Source of the DNA: Chrysomallon squamiferum
Taxonomy: Eukaryota; Animalia; Mollusca
Reading direction: 5' to 3'
DNA: 64,000 nucleotides
Assembly: GCA_012295275.1 (NCBI GenBank)
Contig: CM022679.1
Span: forward strand, 11,718,001-11,782,000
Shown here: positions 54,900 through 64,000 of the stretch, piece by piece
Layout of the letters: each line of letters starts with the position of its first letter
Numbering within the stretch: the stretch's first letter is position 1
Notes under the pieces: generated by a model
Told to the model about the DNA's origin: nothing
The model's input: only the letters and a program-made list of their open reading frames with translations
Databases searched by the model: none
Program-made: the position numbers and the translations under genes

Positions 54900-55420
54900 T
54901 TCCAAATAGGTCGTCCACAAGCAGACGTCCCTTATAGTTGAACAAACGTAAAAAAAAAGTATTGAAATGCAGACGTCAAGCAGTGATCTATGTCTCTAAT
55001 CAATGCGACGTCATGAACAATCGTGCACAAGGACCCTTGCAAGAAAGTTTGAAAGTCAAGATATTAAACTAATAACTCTCACATGTTTATTAATCAGAAT
55101 GTCTGGCAGCTAAGTTTAGCTTCTAGTGTGAGACTCGCTGGCACCGTAGAAACGAATGAAAACCTTCTTGCCAGGAAATACGCTCAAACGTCACTCATCC
55201 TCTATCACGTTGTGTGCACATAGCAAAACCGCAATCAATAACAAGCTGATGAAAATGATTGTAATTTTAGACCTTGTCAGTTCCTGTGTAGTGCGAATTT
55301 TTCTGGGAATCTAGCGGAAAACGCTAGAGAGTCCCACAAACGAAAAGTAAAGGAACTCCCCCAATTAATACGCTGCCAGCGACAAAACGTCTCAGGAAGA
55401 GAAGTCGTGGGAAACCTCAT
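54900..55420 (-). promoter_or_regulatory. Proximal promoter of the three-exon gene with a cluster of inducible-type TF motifs
   Basis: TATAAG at 54936-54931. CRE-like TGACGTC at 54978-54972 and 55013-55007. STAT GAS TTCTGGGAA at 55301-55309. IRF-like GAAA repeats at about 55149-55163 and 55338-55351. kB-like GGAACTCCCC at 55352-55361. CSL site CGTGGGAA at 55406-55413. Confidence 0.5.
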
Positions 55421-56440
55421 TTATCCTGTTATCGACAGCTGAGTTTAGTCGACACTGAAGAAATGTACTAAGCGTCGTTTCTTTTAAATAAACTTTATGA
55501 TACACATCTATACTGTGAAAGAAACCGTTGTCACGAATGATGTCCATACTTTTGTCATTTCTTTTAGACAGATGATTAATGCGAGAAGATATCAGAATGA
55601 AGGTATCCCAAATATCTGCAGTACGTTGTTGATATGTAAAGCGCTGATTCATTACGTGTTTATTGATTTGTAACAGTAGTGAATGTAGCAAACAACAGTG
55701 GACTTGGCAAGAAACATTAGATAGCAGAAAACGGGATCTTGACCTGACGTTATACGTATGTACCTGCGTTTCTGTCTGCATACATGTTTTTAACGAATTG
55801 ATAACTGAACTGATTGTAGGAAATATCAGTATTAATTTTAGCGTTGTTTTGCAAAAGCAGTTGAACCTGTATATTTGACTTAATGTTAAAAAGCTGTAGA
55901 TATAGAGATCATGTAATAAACATTTAATCTTATTTAGCTCATTTGTAGAGTTCGGTGACGGATTCCAAAAGTATCTCTCCATTGATCAGTTTAAATTACT
56001 TATTACAACACTTCATCTCTCTCTGTCATACTCTGTACCTTGTATCTAGCATATTCTATTACAAAAGGTAATTATAATCAAATAAATGTTTGGACATTAA
56101 ATACATTATTTTTAATGGGACTAGTAACTGTTCATTAGCATATAAGATATAACTATTATATAGCTATAAAATAAGCGGTTAAAATTCTAGGATTAAACAA
56201 AGAATATTCAAAAAAGACTTCTGCCATCTGTTTTTATTTAACGTCAAGAAGAAATCTTTAAGCAGTTAATAATAATATTAACAAACTAACACTTATGTAA
56301 AACTTATTGTTCATACCTTAGTAATAGCTGCAACAAAGAAAAATATTTCATTTTATTCACAATTCATTATAGTTAACTCCTTATGAATAAACAACATATC
56401 TCGCATATTAGAAACTATCACCTAGGTTGGACGTAATCTG

Positions 56441-56443
<3 letters not shown>

Positions 56444-56532
<89 letters not shown>

Positions 56533-56545
56533 AAAGTAGCAGTAG
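56444..56545. repeat. (AAT)n(AGT)n microsatellite
   Basis: Direct reading. Confidence 0.97.
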
Positions 56546-59500
56546 TATTTTCATTGTCATCATCATAACTGTTGCGGTATATTTGAAAACGTTTTTTTTT
56601 TCTAAAAATGTTAAAGCCATCGGTATATAAACAACATATACACGATGAACGGAATTGTAAATAAATCTACATCAATAACAATCATCAGTATCGATCTACT
56701 GTTCATAATATAGCTTGAAATGATTTTAGCAAACAGCCAACTTGCCAGAAAGCATCACAGTATACAAGATTTTCTTTTTAAGCCGTTAATCAAATTACTT
56801 TAGCTCGTGTTTCCGGTTCTGGGTTCGAAGAGTTCTCGCTTCGTGTCAGCTTTGAATCAATAAAACATGTTAAATGAAAAAGGGTTGCATTAAGATCAAA
56901 CAGACTATATTACATTTTACCACCTATTGGTGACATCGTTCAGATTTCGTTATTTGCATCAAAAGGAATAAGCTGAATTCCCTTTATTTTGTTTGACCTG
57001 AATGATTCAGTGGGCGAGCAATGGATAAAATACATGCAAATAAAAAAAGTTAATCTTGAAGTGAAGGTATTTCTTTTTTCTTAGTTTATTTCATAACCTA
57101 ATTTTGTTTGCCATTTTTCTGAAAACCAGTTATTAATAATAAGTAATTGTTAATTTAAAAAATTATGATGGTGATGGTATCAACGCAACACAGTGATCAG
57201 TCAGTTCAAAAAAAAAACATATTAATATATGATGAAAATAATAATAATCAGTCAACACATACGGTGAAGAAAACAACAACAACAGCATCAGCAGCAACAA
57301 CACAACAACAATAATAATAATAATGAATGATTATAATCATCAGTTAAATAGCAAACAGAAATAGAAATGAATAATGAATGTTACAGAAATTTAAAATGAT
57401 CAATGCAGTCTAGGTATGACCAGGGCACTTTCTTATTAAACATCGCGCGAAATAAATTACATTTTAAAACCTCTCACTTCGAACGGTAACAATGTTATTA
57501 TATTTTTTATCTTCATATTACGTTTCTTCCATTGCTGAAGATGACCCAGAAGGCAAGAAACCAGTTGGGAAAACTGTCTTCCAGAAACACTGGACTCAAT
57601 GTAATTATGACATATTTTCTGCATGAAGAACGTTTTTATTGAAATATTTTTCAGGAAAGTCGGGTCCATTATCAATATTACCAGGAAATAGATTGTTTAG
57701 ATTATCGTTTCAATAATTAGACTATAATGCTGCAAAATTATTTCCTTTCCATGTTGGTTTCCTGGAAATTATTTCTTTTTTTCTTTTTAACAAATCATAC
57801 AATATATAGTTTCTTCTCGTGACCTTAATAATTTATGTTTTTGCCCGTCCTTTCTATAATGAGATCTGCAGTAAAATTAATTATTACGGATATCAGATTT
57901 TCAAAAGCCTTTGTTGTTGTTCTCATAACTTTTCTGTAATCAGATAATTTAGAAATAGTTTTAAATTGATAACCTCGTTAAAAAAAAATGTAATCCTTGG
58001 AATGTGATTTATTTTTTTCTTTTCGTTTTTGCCACTGTCAAAACACATTAACCATTGTTAAACGAGAAATTGTAACTGAAAGAGTTAAAGACTTTTTATT
58101 ACATTTGGCTTGTAATATGTCGGCTGTTATTAAAAATACTGTGATTAAACAATATATTTTTGGATATATATGTGTGTGCCTGTCGATGTTAGATTAATAC
58201 TAATGAATATCAGCGAGGTACATTTCATAAGCATAAATCTGTTGACATTACAACAGAAACACACTGATATTTAAAATAATAAAAGCAACTGAAGAAAGAA
58301 AAAAGACAAATCAGAACATAATAATAAATCTTCATGCTATACATGGTACACTTTTGTGATATGTGTTTTCAAAGACGACTTTTTGTTTGTTTTGGGTTTT
58401 TTCTAAGTAGCTCTGACGTAATAGTAAACCTTAACGTACAAAAATGAATACCTATGCAAAACATTAGATTTTGTTTCATTCAGTTTGAAAGAAATTATTT
58501 TGAAAGTAAATACTGAAGCAACGTGTCAGTCGGAACCAAACGGACTAAATTTTAGGACTGCACTCGATCATATTCCCACGGCACGTGATGATTCAATGTC
58601 GTAAAATAAAATTACTGAGGACTGATCGATGACTAATTAGTTATTTCCATGCTCATACTAAATAAATCTGTGGTCAGGATACATGTTATTGTTTAGTATA
58701 AGAGAATGATGGAAAACCGTTATCACCCTTCCATCGAGCACTCCATCACATACCAACTTTTCTGTGCGGACTCATCTGCAATATGCTAATGTGGCACTTC
58801 CGGTTTATCCGTCTTTTATCATTGGTTTAATTCATCTACTGAAAATCTTGCGACTGTCCGCAAGATAATAACAATATCCCAAACATGTCACGCTTTACTC
58901 TAAACGTGCTTTGTATATCTTATTTGTTATTGGATTGGAGGCACTTAACCCTTTAATTATCTCTTATTACAATTCACACAGTAGGTCAAATCATAGAAAA
59001 AGTATATGCTAACAAAGGTAGCGCCAAAGTGAAGAAATACGTGCCATGCTTATAATTACCGGTTTGTTATTCAATGCTTTGTAAAGGTTTTTGCAGGAGA
59101 AGACACTTGTAAAAGCTTCTGTCATTCAAAAGTCCACCTCAACTTCAAAACGGCACAAATAAAATTCCGGGTTAACAATGGATCGAGAAAACATTAATAC
59201 TATAAAGAATAACAGAATGAACTAATGTGTTGGAAAAACAAGATATAGGGAATAAAAGATGAAGATGAAACTTTACTTTTGAGTTTAATGCGTATTTAAT
59301 TTTAAGACAGTTTAATATTTATTTAAAAATAGAATCAAGTTTAATTATCTCGAAAATGCACTAAACAGTAGTTTACATGAAAATTTACATCCTTATCTTT
59401 TGCAAATATGTTTTTATATGTGATCAACTGTTTTGTTTTGCTTGTTGTTGTTTTTTTTGTTGTTTTTTAATTAGCTTTAACTGACACGTCGCTTTTACTG

Positions 59501-60704
59501 AAATATCATCGATGTTTGTAAGAAATAGCCCTGACGATCCCACTAAAATACAAGTAAAGCTATTGGTAATTTGTCTCTGAAACAGATGCTGAAGTATCTG
59601 AGAAACTACTGCTGACATGTTGTTGAAACTGTTTACTGAAATAGCACTGGCGCTATCATTGAAATCTAAGTAAACTTAATTCTGGTATATCAGTAAAATT
59701 CTTTAAGTGATGTTTTTTACCGAAATACCAATGAAAGTATTGATAATATATCAATAATAGTATTTATTGAAACATTAATGAAGTTACTGCTGAATTACCC
59801 GTGAAGGGTTTGCAGAAACATCAATGAATCTGTTACTAAGATGCCAATAAAAGTATTGAAGTATTACCGAAGTTACTACTGAAATTTAAAGACTCACAAC
59901 TGAAGTACCATAGATACACCTACCATTGTTAGTCACATATCAGCATAATTAATTAAAGCTATTTTGACTGAATGGATTTCTGGGTGCATCGGATATTACT
60001 GAAATAATTAATTGGCGCTTTAATTAAAGGTTATATAAAAATCATATTATTTGACTTTTAGTAAAGTGTATTGTTTCTGAAATGCTAAAGGTGAAATCAT
60101 CGACTTGCATCGTGGAAGTTACTGGTTTTCATGTTCAGCTATATTACGTCATGAACTGTCACGTTTTATTCCGTTTTAACCTTCTTATTTTTTAGTTTGA
60201 AAATTCGCTCTGTTACTTTATTTCTGAATACGCCTTCCACTTCTAACCTTATTAAATAAAAGTTCATTTCGAATCGAAGAATGTAAATAATTTTGTTTGT
60301 AAAAGGACTGTTTCAATATTTCAGTACAAACCAAAGTTTATGTATAATTCTAAATAAGGAGAGAAAAAAAAACTTGATTTAAAATAGTCATTAATTCTTC
60401 CTTTCTCTTCGTCTGAAAGTAATTTTAAGGCGATAAGCAAGATGGATGGAGACTTTTTTGTAACAGACTGTTAGAAATAAATGCAGTTTCAATAACATCT
60501 CTTGTTGCAGTTTTCTTTGTGAATGCGCTATCGAAAATAAAAATTTGTTTTCATTGTACATAAACAAGTAGAGAGAGAGAGAGAGAAAAAAAGGTGTTTA
60601 CTCCTTTGCAATTCCACTTCCCACAAGCTCGATAAATGTGATCATGAATAATAGATGAGAGTAATCTCTTCACAGATAACTCTCAGTCTTGAGAAGCTTT
60701 CACT

Positions 60705-61160
60705 TTTATATGTATGTATGTATTTATGTATGTATGTATATGTATGTATGTGTGTATGTATATATATGTGTATGTATGTACATGTATACATTTATACATT
60801 ATATACATATATGCATATGTATGTACCTATTACGTATGTATGTATATTTGTGTAAAATAATACCTTTGTGCTATTCCATCCTGAGAATTCTCTTAACCCA
60901 CTAGTCTGACTAGTCTGCCAACCCACATATCAACAACGTGTTTGCAAAGCTTTATTTCCATAAACATCTTTCCATGTAATGTGTGTTCATATAAATATAT
61001 GCATATGTGTGTATGTGTGTGTGTGTGCGTGCGTGCGTATGTGGGGTGTATACCAGTCTATGCTTGCCTATGCGTATATATGAGTGTTTGTGTTTTTGTA
61101 TTTGTTTGTGTCTGTTTGTATGTACTTGTGTATATTTATTTGTATTTTTGTGTGTGTACA
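60705..61160. repeat. Degenerate (TATG)n/(TG)n low-complexity region
   Basis: Direct reading; it explains the Cys/Val/Tyr-rich ORFs here. Confidence 0.9.
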
Positions 61161-62296
61161 CAAATGTATTAGTATGTACATTTTGTGGGATCTTTTTTTC
61201 AAGACATAACTCTATTTTTTATTCACCTTTTACATATCAAAATTACAAATATAAACTTACCATTTGTGTTCACACTCTAACATACAGTTCTTAAGAATCT
61301 AAACTAACTGAGGTAATTTCCGTCTGTGATGGATCCTTTTTTTTTTTTCTCCTCACTGTGAGATTAATTATTTCTGGCACAGGAAATTAACTCATGTCAT
61401 TTCATTTAGATGTTACTTTCTTTGCGAACTTTTAATTAATATGGCAGATAGAAGAATAGAACACTACGATGCCTGCTGTGACTTTTTAAGCTACTTTTAT
61501 GAAAATCTGATCAAGGAAAAGCCAGTATAATGCTTACTGCTAACTGATGATGTCAGTGAGGGAAAATATGAGTTTTTTTGTTAGTTTTATACACACTGTT
61601 TGACTAGCTTTAAATATATTGTCTTATATTTCAAGTACAACTAAAAGAATCTTTACACAAACAAATATGTATTGGATAATAAAATCCCGTCTCCTACATA
61701 AATTAGATTAAAACAAAAAGAACATAAATAATAATTAAATAAATAAATAAATGTAAATATGTAAGTAAAAGAATAAATCAAAATCAAAACATCAAACAAG
61801 CAAACAGACATTCAAAAAAAAAAAAAAACATCGGCTATACTGTTCACAATGCTTTATTTCGTAATCATATGCTTTTATTTCTTATCATATGGATATTTTT
61901 GTCATAATCTTGAAATCCAGTAGAAGATAGTTTTTTTTTTGTTTTTTTTGTATCTTACAAACATTGGCAGACAGTGACTGTCAAGTGGACGACGGGATCC
62001 AGGGAGCACATGCAACTTAATCTATCTATAAAACAAGACCAGTATAACTGTCAGACTGATCGAAATGCCGATCAGTGTAATGCCTCACTTCACGTGGTCT
62101 CATGTGTTATGACTTGCTTGTGCCGCAACGATAGACAAGCTTGCTACAGGGTAAGAGAGACTGCCCTTAAGCATAGATGACAGACTACTTGTTTGTTGTC
62201 TTCTTTTGGCAAATTTCTACTCGATGGACCAATGTCTATACATTTCAGAGATACCAAGGACTGATTTATTGATCCATTTCAGTAATCCTTAAACAA

Positions 62297-62330
<34 letters not shown>

Positions 62331-63461
62331 CTAAACTTCTGGATTCATAAATCATAGCTAATTTTGGAGTCAGACGTTTTTGAGTCTACAGTTCGGCCTT
62401 TGCCATTTCCTTAAACGTGAAGTAAAGATTTTGTCTTCTATTTTAGACTGATCTAACAATGATTCTAACTGAATTTTTGTAGAATTTTGTTTTTCGATAA
62501 TACTTTTTTAAAATCTCTGTATTTCTAATCAAACTGAACACATGATTTTGTCATCGATAGTAGACATTGTTCAGTAAAATTTGTTTCAGGTATAAACACT
62601 CTTGGGCATTTCTCTGGTAGAAGCATTTAAATAGTATTCGTACTGGTAGGATTTGGTCACTGACAATCGATAACAAAGGCTGTGTTTGACATATATGTAT
62701 AATAAGTTTAGTAATAATTATTAGATGCAGTGTAGTTACTTTCCATGGCTTACGAATTGCTTATTAGAAGCCAAATGAAAACATATTATAACTCGATGTA
62801 TGTTCATAATACGACAGGTTATAATAATTATTATTATATAAAAGAAGAAATCTATTCTAGTCATTCCAACTTACAAAGAAATATATTCCGTAATATTTTC
62901 CATAGAAAATGAAAAATATATATATTTTCAAAAACAATCATAGATAGATTATGAATTGTATTTCTAAACAACAAATCGGATTCATTTAAAAAAAAATAAA
63001 GTTATTAACTGAAAACAAGAAGTGATTAATTGTAATTTATACGCTCTAAACTGATTTGATTAGTCAATCAGATTCAAGATTTTCGCACAGGCTGTATTTG
63101 AATTTAAATTAATTCAAAGTAATGCTCGTTCTTTTTCTACCACGTCTTGTGTAAATGAACTGGAATGTAAAGGCGTTTTTCCAGTATCTACCGTTCGTTG
63201 AAAGTTTATAAATAAATAAACATAATTAATACAGAAAAACGGCTTTAGAAGTGTGTTATTTATGTTTGTTCAGTATAATATATATTTCATGTATTTATTT
63301 GCTTTTCTATCTTTACTTCATATATGTTTCTTTTCTTTATATTTAAATATGTATTAAGTCTTGGTCCAGAAAATCGGATAATCAAGAAATCAGGGTCATC
63401 CCCAGTCTCAGTGATCTGATAACTGTAATTCATCATTTGGATCTTTAAAAATAAACAATCC

Positions 63462-63477
63462 AAATAATAATAATAAT

Positions 63478-63520
<43 letters not shown>

Positions 63521-63538
63521 GAGGCAGCAGCAGCAGCA
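63462..63538. repeat. (AAT)n(AAC)n(GCA)n compound microsatellite
   Basis: Direct reading. Confidence 0.95.
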
Positions 63539-64000
63539 AATAAAAATTGATGGACCATAACGTACAACTTTCAGCATAAACGCTGGTTTTAAAATAGGTA
63601 TGAAAGAAAAATACTGCAAAGAATAATTCATGAATTATTTCCAGTCTACCCGCCCCCAATGGTTATAAACTTCCGAACCAGACGGAAGAACCTCGCCATC
63701 TTTAGATTACATTTGCAAATGGTCATCTGCGGCAGAGATCTCAGTGACCCCGGCTAACAGGGGCAGTACACAAGGAGACATTACTGTAATGTCGTAACGA
63801 GTGTCTAGGGACGGGATAATTTGCAGTTTGCAAACTAGCGAATATTCTGACTACGACTTGTAACGTCCAGTCCATTTTAAGGCCATGCTCTGGTCTGCAG
63901 AAGGTGTAGTGCTATTTAATCGCAGAATGTAGATATTTAAAATCAATTATTAATTTCTGAAATAGCAAGTAATCAACAAGATTTTTTTTAAGCACTGACG

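Noticed and set aside
55392-55982. 196-aa minus-strand ORF upstream of the ParB-like gene
   Set aside because: No recognisable motif or coding-like composition and no convincing splice partners; it overlaps the promoter motif region.
63161-63182. TGGAATGTAAAG matches the first 12 nt of miR-1
   Set aside because: The 3' half diverges and the opposite arm pairs poorly; a 12-mer hit to some conserved miRNA is expected by chance in a window this size.

Overview
AT-rich, microsatellite-dense animal genomic DNA. Composition and repeats are most consistent with a mollusc, probably a gastropod (inference). Almost all ORFs in the supplied track are artefacts of simple repeats or low-complexity DNA. 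Two real genes are supported, both on the minus strand. (1) The first coding exon of a secreted NtA-domain protein of neuregulin/Vein type (14557-14119) has a CpG-rich TATA promoter, and its first intron runs off the left edge of the window. (2) A three-exon gene of about 171 aa (54880-54565, 32623-32498, 31902-31829) is only partly shown in the ORF track. It has a degenerate ParB/sulfiredoxin-like N-terminal domain, an acidic tail ending EEDSLL*, a ~22-kb first intron, a probable GC-AG second intron, and a promoter containing CRE, STAT, NF-kB, IRF-like and CSL motifs. An internally deleted Tc1/mariner relic and decayed SINE-like fragments are also present. CpG content changes sharply near 14 kb, consistent with gene-body methylation of the neuregulin-like intron only. 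No tRNA, rRNA, CRISPR or convincing miRNA was found. All analysis was by eye, and no searches were run.
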